From Octopus vulgaris (taxonomy: Eukaryota), in assembly GCA_951406725.2 (NCBI GenBank), contig OX597814.1, positions 179,180,001-179,244,000 of the forward strand: a stretch of DNA of 64,000 bases. The letters are read 5' to 3'. Position 1 is the first letter of the stretch, and each line of letters opens with the position of its first letter. A model generated the notes under the pieces. That model did not search any database and was not told the DNA's origin. It worked only from the letters and a program-made list of their open reading frames with translations. Positions 40,126 to 55,495 of this stretch are shown here, piece after piece. The position numbers and the translations under genes were made by a program.

Positions 40126-40443
40126 AACAGTACCAGTGATTGTAGGATCTCAAGGAATGATAAAAAAAAAGTACTGAAACCTATTTGAAAATGATACCAG
40201 GTTTACCATCCCTACAGGAAGTGCAAAAAATCGTGTTAACTTGAACGACTCGCGTACTAAGAAGATTATTATCGCTGCGAAAACAACATCCATTCATGAA
40301 TTTATTTAATTAAATTTTAAATACATATTTTACCTGTGAATTTGCGTGTGTAATCTGGGAATGCATACAATGAGCTTCTCTGCCCTAGGTGTACGGAAAA
40401 CAGTCGCCGAGAAACGGAAGAAAATTTGAAGAACGAAGGAAAA
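40126..40443 (+). mobile_element. R4/Dong-like LINE, extreme 3' fragment flanked by (TAA)n
   Basis: TVPVIVGSQGMIKK..MIPGLPSLQEVQKIVL is homologous to the C-terminus of ORF 41163-42125. Confidence 0.75.
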
Positions 40444-40640
<197 letters not shown>

Positions 40641-40644
<4 letters not shown>

Positions 40645-40981
40645 GTGGGGGAGCATCATAGCCATGTGTTGAGAGGGATTCTTTGGGGTTTGAATAATTC
40701 ACCTCTGGAAACATGGGTGGTTCTTTCAACATCCTTAAACAACCCTTATTCAGGGACCTTTTGAGCGGGATGGGCTACTCAACCTGAAGAAAATTCTAAC
40801 TGGGCCCCACCTGCAAGGTCATGTGCTGTTTATCTTGATATGAGATCACCATGTCGCGCACATATGGTTGTGATGCATGTACCTGGTGTACCTTTATCAG
40901 ACGGGTAGTCATGATGGGTATATTGGGCTTCGTACATTTTACCCCAGTGTCACTTTGATGGCATGCACTGCTCTCTCACTC
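40641..40981 (+). mobile_element. 5'-truncated retroelement 3' UTR ending in a (TAA)n tail
   Basis: Shares sequence with 29472-29638. Joined to (GAA)n at the 5' end and followed by (AAT)n at 40982-41059. Confidence 0.55.
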
Positions 40982-41046
<65 letters not shown>

Positions 41047-41059
41047 TAATAATAATAAT

Positions 41060-42337
41060 ATCTGCCAACGAAAGAGGGGGGCCGTGGTCTTTTACAACTG
41101 GCAATAACAATGAAGATTGCTACAATTGGCCTAGACACCTACCTGAAAAACTCTAGGACTGGATGTTAAAACTTGTCTCAAAACATGAAAACAAGAAAGC
41201 ATCATACTCAGTCACAAAACAGGCAAAGGAATATCTAAGTGAATTCCGAATACAACCAATTTCGGAATTAGAGATAGACATACAAGAAACAAGCACAGAA
41301 AAAGCTAAGCGCATGAAAACCCGTGCCAATACTGCGGCCTTAGATATTCTGAATAATAAATGGCAAGAAAAACCTCTCTATGGCAAATACCCAAAGAGAG
41401 TGAATAATGCAGATATTGACAAAGCCCTGACCCATCAATGGCTAATGGCCTCTGGCTTAAAATCTGAAACAGAGGGGTTTATCATAGCAGCTCAAGATCA
41501 ATGCCTACCAACAAGAAACTACCAGGCCAACATATTAAAGAACGGCAGTAGCCCAACATGTCGTGTATGCCGACAACAAAATGAGACCATTGATCATGTT
41601 GTCTCCAAATGCAGTCTTCTAGCGCCTAAAGAGTACCTCAACAGGCATGATAGAGCTGCACAATATATTCACTGGGTAATTTGCAAAAACCTGGAATTGC
41701 CCCATGAAAAAAACTGGTGGGAACACAATCCACCTCCAGTGCTTGAAAATGACCACATCTCACTCCTCTGGAACTTCACCATTCAAACTGACAGGAAGAT
41801 AGATGCAAATAGGCCAGACATCATATTGAAAGACTTCAGACAAAGAACATGCCTCCTCATCGATATGACTGTCCTAATCGATATAAACGTATCTGTCAAG
41901 ACCTCCCAAAAACTGAGCAAATATAAAGACCTTGAAATAGAAATCAGCAAAATGTGGAAGCTGAAGACTAAAACAATACCTGTTGTCATAGGTGCCCTGG
42001 GAATGATAGCGAAAGGGACTAATTGCTACCTAACTCAGATACCAGGAAACCCCAAAATGGCAGAAATTCAAAAGATAGTGCTCATGGGAACTGCTCATAT
42101 CCTACGCAAAATACTCTCTATGTAATCCCAAGGTTTAAAACAAACTTTTATTTATTTATTTATTTATTTTATTCTATTTTTTTTTAATTTTATTTTTATG
42201 TATTAGACATTCACTAGTGCAACACCAAAAAAACCCCCCAAGTATATGGCACAGAACTTCCAACCTGTTGTCTCTTGTGGTCTCTGGGTGAGACTTGGAA
42301 CCAACTTGTACATACATAAAGCAAAAGTCAAACATAG
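41060..42337 (+). mobile_element. 5'-truncated R4/Dong-like LINE with restriction-like endonuclease, inserted in (TAA)n
   Basis: Begins at YLP..EGGRGL and has (TAA)n on both sides. Confidence 0.88.
41163..42125 (+). CDS. Open C-terminal third of an R4/Dong-like polyprotein (CCHC zinc knuckle plus PD-(D/E)xK endonuclease); retroelement fragment, not a host gene
   Basis: ETEGFIIAAQDQ, CRVC..ETIDHVVSKC, RHD, RPDII..LIDMTV, KLSKYKDL, IPVVIGALG. Confidence 0.85.
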   Translation: MLKLVSKHENKKASYSVTKQAKEYLSEFRIQPISELEIDIQETSTEKAKRMKTRANTAALDILNNKWQEKPLYGKYPKRVNNADIDKALTHQWLMASGLKSETEGFIIAAQDQCLPTRNYQANILKNGSSPTCRVCRQQNETIDHVVSKCSLLAPKEYLNRHDRAAQYIHWVICKNLELPHEKNWWEHNPPPVLENDHISLLWNFTIQTDRKIDANRPDIILKDFRQRTCLLIDMTVLIDINVSVKTSQKLSKYKDLEIEISKMWKLKTKTIPVVIGALGMIAKGTNCYLTQIPGNPKMAEIQKIVLMGTAHILRKILSM

Positions 42338-42364
42338 AATAATAATAATAATAATAATAATAAT

Positions 42365-43645
42365 GAAAAATAAGCTAAATAATACCCGTTTATTCAACCC
42401 GAGGATAAAAGTCGGAAAGTAAATACTATAAACTTGTTACACAAAAAGCATGAAAAACTACACGTGCAAAAGCATTTAACACCAGAAATGAAAATGATGT
42501 TAATAAAATTAAAAAAGCATAAATGGACACGTGAGGAATATATTTAAATCTTACATGCTTATTTTCAGCAGTGCTCTACCCACAGAACGAAAACACAATA
42601 TATGCATATAAAATCTAGAAGAAAAATAAAATAGATAAAGATTTAGATATAGCAATGAACCCTAATAAAGTAGATAACATACGGAGGTATATTCTCAAAA
42701 CAAAAAAAAATATCAGGAATGGAAATGGAACACTTAAAATGAAAAATACGCCAGGGAAACATAGATAGTAACAACAGAATAATACCAAATAATATCATAA
42801 GCACTGGGACTATAAAATGCAAAAAGAAACGTAACATCTCAACAAAACGAAGTAAACAACAAAAGACCATAAACCCAGACCGTAGGAATGTATAATGATG
42901 AGCAAAATGCACTAAACCAGAAACACCACAGACAAAAATATGAATGGGAGAGAATACGAAACAAATCTAAAACCTGGAAGAGGTGAAAGTCAAACTAATG
43001 ATTATGATACTCTAAAAATGAGTATAAACATGGAATTGGAAGCCACAGTATGGACTACCATTTGTACCTCTCAGGATGTAAAATTCGTAATAAAAATACA
43101 CCAATAATAAATAGCATGACCCTGGCCGTCACAGAACTAGTAGTCATAGAAACAAATGTCAATAAGACCAGGCTAATTGATACAATATATGCAGCAGCCT
43201 CTGTGGCCACAAAAGAAGCTGGATACCTCCTAAAACTCATCCAAACAGGAGTATCACCACCCGAACAAACCCTGTGATAAATAATATCCAGAAAAAAAAA
43301 AAAGAAAATAAAAGAAATGATCTGTTAATTCTTAATGAAACTAGCGGAGAATCAACAATACTAAACAACAAGGAGAGAAGAAAAATACTACGTAAATACA
43401 AAATTACAGAACAAGTTATACTTCAGGTAAAAGAACAGCTAAAACAAGATATCTTCGCCAAAGCACAAAGGATCCTTCGGTGTGAGATACGCCAACGTTT
43501 CTTTGAACAAAACAAACAGTTCAACTCGAACCCCAAAAAATTCTACCAGGAACTTGATAAAAAAATAGAGATCAATGCTGCACTAACAACAGAAGTGGAA
43601 GAAATTTGAAATGGAATATGGTCGGCGAAAGAACAACCTCAGAAA
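42365..43645 (+). mobile_element. Decayed 5' part of another R4/Dong-like LINE
   Basis: KHKWTREEY-type N-terminus and pre-RT motif QRFFEQNKQFNSNPKKFYQEL. Starts right after the (TAA)n tail of the previous copy. Confidence 0.65.
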
Positions 43646-46600
43646 TGCACATGCCGCCCCTTCCTCCTTTCCCCCAACAACCTGACCTATTTCTTTTTTT
43701 CTGTCCTCCACACGGCCAATTTCCATTTCGCCATGCGGTATTTTCCAACTAACTGTTAGCCATATACCAAAATAAAACCACGACACTGTGTTCTCTTCCT
43801 CGACCAATCGCAGCACACCTTACTGAATAAACAATCACGTATGTCATTCAAATTTAAAATGGCTGACGACTAGAATCAGCCATGTGTGTGTGTACATACA
43901 TAGATATGTGTGTGTGTTTATACGTATGTATGTGTTATATATTCCATAACATTACTAATTCTTGTACAATATTATATTTCATTTGACCTGTAGTTGACCT
44001 CAAATGATCTGTAAACCTTTTATCTATACATAACTAATTATACCTCGAAGCATATACAACACATTTGCTAATGCAAATTCTATAAAAATCGTCATATTTC
44101 CTATTTACTTTTTAATAATTTCTCCTCATATTCCCAATCATATTCGTCCTACATTTTTTCATACCAGTATGGTGAATTTTCTATAAACGTTTACTATGCA
44201 GATAGCTGAGTATGCATTAAAATGCTTACAAATTGTCATAAATATAATTAAAAATCTGAGAGTGGGTCTTTTTATATTAGCAAAAAGAATGTTATTTAAC
44301 CACATGCGATACGAGTTCTTCCCAACTAGCTAAGGTTGCTTTCAACGTGAATCCATTTCTTTGTTACTGTTTGATATTTAGATTACCATCATAAGCATAT
44401 CCATTATGTTATTATTTAATTACCTTCTTATGATTTTAAATAGCGATATTTCGAACATCCAACATGGAAGAGGTTAATTTTTTTTCTATTTCACATTTTC
44501 CTAACACAATGTTATTGCATCACTTAATATGTGTGTGTGTATGCATGTAATTGTAAATGTATGGATGTATGTATATAGATACATCCAACAATCCATTCAT
44601 TTACATACTAACACACACGCACACACACGGCTGAAAAGAGTAGAAGAATAAAAGAGATATATCATAATTCGCTATAAATAGATTCTTGACAGTATATTAT
44701 AAGTATGATGATATATGTATGTCGTAGATTTTGTCGAGTTGAAAAGAGAAAACTGAAGTATCTTGTATTTAGAATTCAATAGCAATATAAATATCATTTA
44801 AAATGTAAAGCGCATAGCTCAGTAATTGGAAGACAAAATGGTACTACTTTCATTCATCCTTTTCAAAGTTATTAAGAATGAAAAGCAGGCATGCATGAAC
44901 TCAGCAGGAGTTTTGCAATGCTTTCACACACACATATATATATATATATATATTGGTATTCATATTCAATTTTCCCTATATTTGATTCTTCTTGAGGATT
45001 TACATAACATAAAAGCACAGTTATACAATAGCAAATAGATAAAGATATGTGGAAATGCCAAGTTCAGAAGTTAATTTGGGGAAATATTACTGAATACATT
45101 CGAAGTGAAATGGATCTTCAGAAAATAGTTTTAAAGGTTTGCTGAATTGACAACCAGCTTGAAAACGCTGATTCTGTAATAACTTCGATCATGCGAACTT
45201 TTAAGCTAAGACTGTCTGAAATTACTTTTCTCTGTTGTAAGATTTCATTGTCAAACAATAATCTTTTATGAAAATCGCAACTAGGAAATGTCTGGCATAA
45301 TATCTCATCTTAAAATATGCAAACGAGCAATAAAAATGAAAAATCTAACTGAAAATGAAAGACAGAATTAAAATGTGTACCATTTTTAGCAATATTATCG
45401 CTTATATAGAGATTTAGAATACAAATTAAATGGTGAGCACATATAAATTTATTAACAAGTTCCATGAATTTCACGTATCAATGCTAGACACTAAACAGAA
45501 AGCTATTATTTCTCCAACATATACATTTTTACTACTTCTGATCACAATCTCATTAAGTTTCTCTCTTCCTTAGTAAAATAATGTTATTACAGATAAGAGG
45601 TGTCACAATTCGTCCATACATGTATGCCAGCACATTTAAATAGCATTGTAAGTTATTCTAGAATATCTGATAATCTTAAAATTATTTTAAATAATTTTTA
45701 AAAAACGTTTAATTTTTTTATCTCTGCTGTGTAGAATGGCATGTATCGAATGTTAATTCAGTGGAAATTCGAAGATATTAATCGAAAGAAATGTTATCAA
45801 AATATCCGAAAAATCTTGGCGCACGATTAATATGATTGGCTAGTGAAGATAAGATATGTATACATCTTCATTAATTAATTCACTGAAAACTACAGGAAAG
45901 CTTATAGACATTGCATCAAACCAGAAACAGTGTGATATTGTGTTATTATCGGCACGAAGAATACAATATTGAAGACATCCTAATTCAATTTAGATTGGCA
46001 TGAAACAATGTACAAAGCGAAATGATTTATAAATAACATTAATATACTTCATATAACCTATTTGCAAACATGCAGCAGGTAAAACCCAATACATTTGTAA
46101 ATTATGAAACGTAATAAATGGAATTCTTTTTAATTATATACGGTATAGCATACAATCATTTTATCACTTTCAAAAATATTGCTGGAAATTACGTCAATTA
46201 TCTAATGTGTTTGCAGCAAAAACCAATTATTCTGCTATGATTTTCGGTTGGAAGACTACTATCGCTGTAACATCAGCGAGGAGAAAAAAAACGTAAAACA
46301 GCTGAGCTCTTTGTGTATAGTGATTTTTGCTATGTATTTTCTATATGGAGTTGCAGACAGTGACTCGTATCTCTGGTCATCAGAAGTGCAGTGAAGTAAT
46401 TAGTGGTTCGTTGGAAGCCATTAATTATGGTTTCTAATTTAGGAACTAGGCCAACAATTTTATAAGGCGTGTGGGTTCGGTAATTACATCAATCACTTAA
46501 CTAGAATGGTATTCGACCCCACGTGTAGGTAAGGAGTGCAAAGTTCGCCTCAGTGGAATTTGAAATTAGACTTTAAAGAGTTGAATGAAAATATGCTTTG

Positions 46601-46753
46601 GAAAGATGAGACGATGTTACCAGCTCGTTCCCTTAATAATAACGTTTTCAAATTGAAGCACAGGGCTACCAGACCCCGGCGGAATTCGTACTCAGATGGT
46701 AAAGCCAGATGCACCAACAGCTCTGGCAGCTCGCTGCCTTTGATTTTACAGTC

Positions 46754-46754
<1 letters not shown>

Positions 46755-46815
<61 letters not shown>

Positions 46816-46842
46816 AAGAATAACAACAACAACAACAACAAC

Positions 46843-46891
<49 letters not shown>
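46755..46891. repeat. Compound microsatellite (TAA)n(GAA)n(CAA)n(TAA)n
   Basis: Directly visible. Confidence 0.95.
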
Positions 46892-46895
<4 letters not shown>

Positions 46896-47162
46896 CAGTG
46901 ATGAGGATGATAATTCCTTGTAATCTTAGCACAAGATCTGCAATTTGAAGAAGTGAAAGTTGCTTGGATTGACCCCCAGGTACTATGTTGCTTAGATTGA
47001 CCCACCAGGTACTATGTGTTATCGAGCCCAAACAGATAAAAGATAAACTAATCTCGGCGCAATTTAAACCCATAACGTCAAGAAGAGGAAGAAATGCCGC
47101 TAAGCATTTTGTCAAATGCGATAAATATGCTGTTAGCTCAACAACTTATGCGTATCAATAAT

Positions 47163-47355
47163 TCTTTCTATTATAGGTACAAAACCCGAAATTCTGAGGA
47201 AGGGGACAAGTCCATTATATCGACCTTAGTGTTTGACTGGTACTTAATAGAAGAAATGATGAAAGGCAAAGTAGGACTCAGAATGTAATGACGGACGAAA
47301 TGCCACTAAGATACTTTTCCCGGAACCCTAACGATTCTGCCAACTCTCCGCCTTC
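47163..47355 (-). mobile_element. SINE family A, diverged (alternative tail)
   Basis: Reverse complement begins AAGGCGGAGAGTTGGCAGAATCGTTAG. Confidence 0.75.
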
Positions 47356-47377
47356 TTCGGCATGTTACTAATAATAA

Positions 47378-48060
47378 CGTCTTCAAAAGCGTGGAAGACC
47401 ACAAGGGTAAAGACTTTGATGTCCATGAGTGAAGAACTGATCATATTATATCAAGATGCCAAATCCTAGCTCCAGCCTAATGTAAGCTAAATCGTATAGA
47501 TCTCGACGTTAAACTTGCAAAAATTTGGTATGAACACCAGCCTAAATCAGTTGTTGAAAGTAGTGCCATTATCATCTATTAGGAGATCACCGTTTCAGAG
47601 TATTAATGACACTCGCCCAGATATAATAATAATTATTAAATATGCCAAAAATTAAACCTGCCTACTAATAGTTATATCAATGTCATCTTACAAATATGCA
47701 CCTTTCCAAGAATAAGATAAGTTTACTAAATATAAAGAACTTGAAATTGAAATAAGCAGGATGTGGATCCTGGAAACGTAAAAATACTAGTTATGATTGG
47801 TGCACCAGGGATCACGAAAAAAAAATGACATTTGACTCCTTAAAAAATGTACTGGGTACACCTAAAACTAGAACTAATGCATACGGTTCACACTTAAGGA
47901 AGTTGATTTTCATGTAATCATTATTATCACAACCTTTTTCACTATTTTTAAGCCAACAGAGCCACAAGCTGTGTTCAACAAAAATATTACTCTACAATGC
48001 CTGCCTAAGGTGAATGATCGCTGCTCAGCAGATATTTATTATCTAGCCAAATATCAAAGA
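47378..48060 (+). mobile_element. Decayed R4/Dong-like RLE 3' fragment
   Basis: WYEHQPKSVVES, RPDIII and KFTKYKELEIEISRMW are homologous to ORF 41163-42125. Confidence 0.7.
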
Positions 48061-48670
48061 AAATGAAATTAATGGCTTCAATTACTGATTTCGAGATGCC
48101 AAACTTTAAATCAGTAATTAACGAAGCTGTTCTTCACCAATTACAACATTAAATACACATGCATTAAATGTGTATTAGTTATATTAACAGTCTTCTTAAC
48201 ATTACATTATTGATAATAGGTACCCTATGCTACAAGCATTACAAAATTTCTTAAATGATATGTCTATGTGGAACAGTTTGCCTATAGGTGAAGCGATTTG
48301 ATTAATTTTGATTATCAATCATAGATATTTTGTTAACCCAAGGCGGGAAAAAGAACCGCAAAAACGAACATCTACTTATACACAACTTTTATCATTTAAA
48401 AGTATTGTTCAGCATAAAATAGTAAGTACGTCTTTGCATGTTTAGCGTTTGGCTCCCTAACAAGACACTTCAAATACATCAAATAACATTTTGAGACACT
48501 ATCGAGATAGTACCGAACTTATCATTCTTATCCCTGTAGCGAGGTGAAGAAAGCGAAAGGCCTGCTGAAAAGGTTAGTCTCTTTGATACGCATTTGCTAA
48601 CTTGTCTAGATTTACTCATACCTAAACACTGCTTTGTGCCTATGTTCAATTTATATATATATATATATAT

Positions 48671-48712
<42 letters not shown>

Positions 48713-48939
48713 TGGACAGACAGATAGATAGACAGACAGACAAACAGACAGAGTTGCGGAAAGACAGATGGAGAGGGTGAAGGAGAAGGACATACATGTA
48801 TGATATTTGTATGCATGCTTGATTGAACGCAAATATATATATATATATATTAATATTTAAATCCTTAAAAAATGTTTCAGCCCGAAAGCTGCGGCCATGC
48901 TGGGGCCCCACCTTTAAAAGAGCTGTGTACACCTCTCAT

Positions 48940-49262
48940 ACGTGGCACTTGATCAACAAGGGAGTTAGACGCCGCTACCCGCATTTGTGTTTCCTACCGA
49001 GAGGTAGGTTCATCTGGAACTCCTGACAAGGAGAGATACAGTTTAGTTTTAAAGAAACCCACATCCACAAAATGCAGGACTCTCAGGCATTTAGGAAGGA
49101 TATTGAAAAGCTGTGGTCCCCTGAAACCCAAGCTGTTGCAGTATCTGGTCCTGTATTTTGATGGTGATGCTGGGATCTTTGGCACCATGCAGTGGAGGCC
49201 CCGTTCTGCTGTTGGGTTAACTTTGAATGCCGAAATTCGGGACAAGACCCTCCAGGATTTTT
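48940..49262 (-). mobile_element. CR1-clade LINE, ORF2 C-terminal fragment
   Basis: ORF 48994-49245: NSLGFRGPQLFNILPKCLR..FKTKL..L..VPDEP, typical of the CR1-group ORF2 end. Confidence 0.7.
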
Positions 49263-49968
49263 CAGATGTGTATCACTGCATATCTCTCCTGCCTTCGTAT
49301 GTGGATGTAATATTTTCTTATGTGTATTTCAGAATGTGTCACTTATATATGTTTGCGTTTGTGCATGAATTGTTGACTGTATAAGAATGGCTGATACATG
49401 ACCTCTAAATAGATAAACGCTAAGAAACCAAATGGCCAGACACCATATATCAAACCTTTCAACGGTAAGTCACTTAAAGCGTCATAAAACATTAACATAT
49501 ATTTAATGATACAAGCGACTATAAAATCTTGCTAACGACATCAGAACGGACAACCATCCGATAGTAGAGTTTCAGGCCTAAACACAAAAAAGACTCTTGA
49601 CCATTTATATTCTCGCCACTGGTTTGTTTAATTTGTGTAAATTTGATCATGCGAACACGACCTGTTTTAATGTGTATATATTTAGTGTCCTTTAAATGAG
49701 TTTCAATATATTATTTTATAGAGTTCCAACGAATCTTATACGAAATGCGTTAACCTGAATAGAATCAATACCTGCATGTAATGTTGCAAGATTGAGCTTT
49801 CTCTTTAATTAAGATGAAACTTTTGTAAATTGTTCATATTTCTCTCTCTCTGTGTCTCTCTCTCTCTCTCTTTACCTCTCCCTCATTCTGTCATTGTCTC
49901 TATCTCTCTCTCTTTCACTCCGTAAGTAGATATATATATATATATATATATATATTCACTCCGTAAGT

Positions 49969-50002
<34 letters not shown>

Positions 50003-50012
<10 letters not shown>

Positions 50013-50547
50013 AAATCCGTTCTGTCTGCCTGTGTATGTGTTGTGTCTTCTAGGATCTCGGGCATCCTCCATCTGATTGAGCTCAAATTTGATATGTAGA
50101 TACCGACGGTATCAGCACGTGTATAAATCTTGAAAAAATTCCAAAAATTCGATTCCAGGTGAGAATGCGATCGATAAAGCCGTTTTGTCCTGCTTTTCTT
50201 CCGTCAACCTGTACATAACTGCACCTTCCATTTTTTGTTGTTTTTGTACTGCTTAAAGGCGCGTTTCTTTCCTGCCAAGCTTGTTTGTGTTCTCCCAGTA
50301 AACAGACTTGTCATTACTGGTACTTTAAAATCTTCGGTTTCATATATGTGTGAATAAAATCGTTTTTCTTTGGAATAGAAAACATGCCTATCTTTATTTC
50401 TTCTTATGCTGGTGTCTCAAATTTAGGTTAAATCAGTGTTTCTCAAAGAGGAGGCATATGGGTCGGTCGGACAAATTGTTTCGAGAAAATTCGGTTTAAA
50501 TGTTTGACAACTCAGCACCGTCCATTGGACGGGGAGCGTTTTGCTCG
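50003..50547 (+). mobile_element. Helitron-like non-autonomous element
   Basis: Start TATATAAAATCCGTTCTGTCTG.. Perfect subterminal hairpin CCGTCCA-T-TGGACGG (50518-50532) 11 nt before CTCG|T, a variant of CTRR. Confidence 0.55.
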
Positions 50548-50548
50548 T

Positions 50549-51992
<1,444 letters not shown>

Positions 51993-51999
51993 TAGATAG

Positions 52000-52049
<50 letters not shown>

Positions 52050-52226
52050 TATGAGAGGTAAAGGTGTCACTGAGATCCAAAAGTGTCAGGTAATGCTGAA
52101 TAAATCCTATAGATAGACCATAGTCAAGTTCCAGGTTCGGTGATTATGTAAATAAGATGTTCAACATTGGTCATATTTCTACACACTCATTTTTATCTCA
52201 TTATGAAATTTTTTTTAGATATATAG

Positions 52227-52375
52227 ACGCAGGAGTGGCTGTGTGGTAAGTAGCTTGCTTACCAACCACATGGTGTTGGGTTCCATCCCACTGCGTGGCA
52301 CTGAGGCAAGTGTCTTCTGCTCGACTAAAGGTGGTGCTCCAGCATGGCCTCAGTCAAATAACTGAAACAAATAAA
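52227..52375 (+). mobile_element. SINE family B, head fused to tail (central deletion)
   Basis: GCAGGAGTGGCTGTGTGGTAAG..GGCAAGTGTCTTC joined to TGCTCGACTAAAGGTGGTGCTCCAGCATGGCC. Confidence 0.8.
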
Positions 52376-52619
52376 CGTTGTTTTTTCAGGAAAAAATTGT
52401 CTCACCATTCCATAGCAAAACCATTGTACTACACTTGGACGCTTTTTGATATCTTGGCATCTGAAGCACTTAGAGACAGCTTACTTTGACCGAAAGAACC
52501 GACTATTGCAAGCAGAAGTAAATAATGAAAAGAATGCGTTTAGCCAAATTTGGACATGCTATAGTTTATCATAATAGCAACGATTTTATTTTCTATTCAT
52601 ATAGAAGAAGAAAAAATAA

Positions 52620-52811
52620 AATGGAGATTGGGAAGTTAATAATTGTTTATTAATTAAGTTTTAGATTTATACGAGTTGCACGTAACATTTTCAGAGGGAA
52701 CAAAATATGCCCTCGGATGCTGTATATATGCCTATATGGAATAACAGATGTAAGGCTTGATGATTAATTTGCTGTTAATAGCAAACAATTATTAACTTCC
52801 CAATCTCCATT
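52620..52811. repeat. 29-bp perfect inverted repeat with 134-bp spacer
   Basis: AATGGAGATTGGGAAGTTAATAATTGTTT (52620-52648) and its reverse complement at 52783-52811. Confidence 0.85.
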
Positions 52812-52822
52812 CTTCTTCTTGT

Positions 52823-52852
<30 letters not shown>

Positions 52853-52861
<9 letters not shown>

Positions 52862-53745
52862 AAAATTATATATAAAAATACAAAATGGGACAAGAACGCA
52901 AAAATCACAAAGAGACGACACAAAGAACGGACGAGTCATTCGAAGCCTCTAATCTTCAGTCAGGAACCGGATCGTCCTAGCAAATTTCGGCTAATTAATC
53001 CTGATATCGCTCGGATCCGGCTAGCCCCAAGGAAAAACTAAGCTGCGAGCATTAGATTTCTTGGAAAGAGGATCGAACGTATACGAAACAAGGACAGAAA
53101 AACGGACGATGCCACACGAATATAAATACAAAAAGCAAAAATAAAATTAAAAACAAAAATGGTAATAACGGGACAAAAAACAGCGTGTGTCTTACGACTT
53201 TGGACAATTGAACTTATCTTAACGGGTGTATTTTGAAATAATTGCCTTTTCGGCAGACGAAGGCAGCGGTCACCAGCGGAAAGGCCAGTTAACCAGCAGG
53301 TCACGTGAAAGTGGAGAAGAAGAGACAGAACAAAACAAGGGGGCAAAGGAATCATATATATAACAGAAGAAATACGGTTGAGTGTTTTGTATCTACTTCT
53401 GGAAATTGTGTTTTGTAAGCGACAAACTACGGTGATGGTCTTGCAGATGTCTGCGTGTATATATACGTAGATATTAACAAGTGAAACCATGGTACGTAGG
53501 TAATCGATTTTATTTCGTATATTTTCAACTGTCTAGCTCATTTTTACATTTTGGAGATTTTCTCCTCCTTCTTCCTTTTCTTTTAAATTTCCTATGTCTC
53601 TTGTTTCCGAAAAGAGGTTTGCTCGAAACGTATCAGAACCACTCTTTCTTTCTTTCTCTGAGCGTCTTATTAATACTCTGCATGTATCACATCCTCTCGT
53701 TGATTTTATCGTTGTCTTTTTTTCTCCGTTCTTTTGATTAACTAT
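52853..53745. mobile_element. Non-coding element between (TA)n tracts, Penelope pLTR-like
   Basis: A-rich left end and T-rich right end, both abutting (TA)n. Degenerate minimal hammerhead CCGAAAA-GAG..CTC-GAAA-CGTA at 53607-53632. Confidence 0.45.
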
Positions 53746-53754
53746 ATGTTTATA

Positions 53755-53819
<65 letters not shown>

Positions 53820-54309
53820 CTAAATATACATATACATATATATATATAAATATATATGCATACATACACGAAAATGCTAACATACATACACACATATACT
53901 CACACACGATGCACATATACCCACGCATGTATAAAAATAAATAATCCTTGAAAATCATATAAATTTCAATTATCACATACTAGCAGCCATTTACAGTTAT
54001 TTTTAATATCTATGGTTACCTGGGAAATGGTAATATATCATAAAAAATAACTAAATTTAATTTCTATGAAGAGCCATAATAATGTACGAAATTTTTCTCT
54101 GAGTTCACAGAAACAATAATAAATTTGTTATTATGTAAATTCAATATTTGGGTAAACTGTACTTTAAACAAGTTAAAATTATTCATATTGAACGGCAAAA
54201 TATGCCTTATTATGTGTCTATCCATATGTATGCACGTATAGAAATAATTACGCAAAACGTTTCAACAGTATTAGCGTATTTAACATTCCTATCACCACGA
54301 CGAGCGATG

Positions 54310-55495
54310 GTTAGAAGAATATTGAGTTTTGTTTAATAACCAGTTGGTCTAGAAAGCGGAGCCTCATATCAGTGAGGGGAGCCGGTGCGCATTGATGTCG
54401 TCGAGAGGTAAGCCCGAAACGGCGCACATTCTCTCCTAATGACCCTATACACTTGCTGGAATCGGGTATCTGGAGTTCTCGACTGGGAGTACTTGCATGT
54501 GCAAGTTGTTTCCAAAAATCTAAGACCTTGTGGTAGGTAACCACTGACAGACCGGAAAGACAGTTAGGCATCTTGGACAATGGATAAGACCATCGACATC
54601 AGGAAAGACCGGCGGAGGCTGCGGACTTACAATCCTTACCTTTGTTACATGTTATAACTGACATCAATGAGAGTGACAGCCCTATGATTGACCGAGAGGG
54701 AGTCCAGAATCAATCAAACGCAGTTAACACGGAAATGACCTAGGACACGAATACGGTCATTCATTCGAACAGCGAACGAAGTGCAAACAACTTTGGATGC
54801 AAGCTTTGCTGTAGGACTTTTGCAGCCGAGAGAGGCTTGAAGATACATCACGGAAAGACTTGTAAGAAGAGTACAAAGCAGTGTGTATCATCTAATAGTA
54901 AAACACGTGGCAAATCATCCCCGGACTCAAACCATAGTGGGTCGATAAATTCTACAGCAACGACCTCTTCCCGACAGGAAATTGCTGGTGCATCATATAT
55001 AGTGTCTGAAACAAAGTATGTCGTGTTCTTTATAAAATGACAGACTGTACAGTGGAGAAACTGGGAAAGTTAACAAGCTCAATTGACGATACAGGGAAGG
55101 AATAATTTAGAGTGAAAGATTGTATCCGATTAGCGACAGAAAAGTATGGACCAAGCAGGGGGATCAGGAAAATGAAACAGATGAGGAAGGGAAAGACCAG
55201 CCTAAGAAAGCGATGGAAATGTGCTACTGAAGACGAAAAACCTGGCCTCGTGGTGCTGTACGACGATTTGAAAAGGAAATGCCGTAACGTGCAATGACAT
55301 ATCCGCCGATATGAGCGACGAAAGGAAAATAAAAGGACTTAGGGGCAGTTTCCGAAGGATCCGTACGGGGCTACTAAGAAGCTGTTCACTGAACCGAAGG
55401 GTGGCACTTTATCGTACACGAAAGAAGGAATGGGCGCTTATATCATAGAAATCGAATTTCAAATTGGAGATATCAGGGAGAAAGAGGTGAATGAT
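54310..55495 (+). mobile_element. Decayed 5' region of a HERO/NeSL-like non-LTR retrotransposon
   Basis: Zinc finger CKLCCRTFAAERGLKIHHGKTC, plus RKRWK.A...EKPGL..L and F.KDPYG.TKKLF..PKGG.L pre-RT motifs. Has stops and deletions. Confidence 0.6.

Noticed and set aside
53038-53490. 150-aa minus-strand ORF
   Set aside because: No domain motif, and it lies inside a repeat-like non-coding element.
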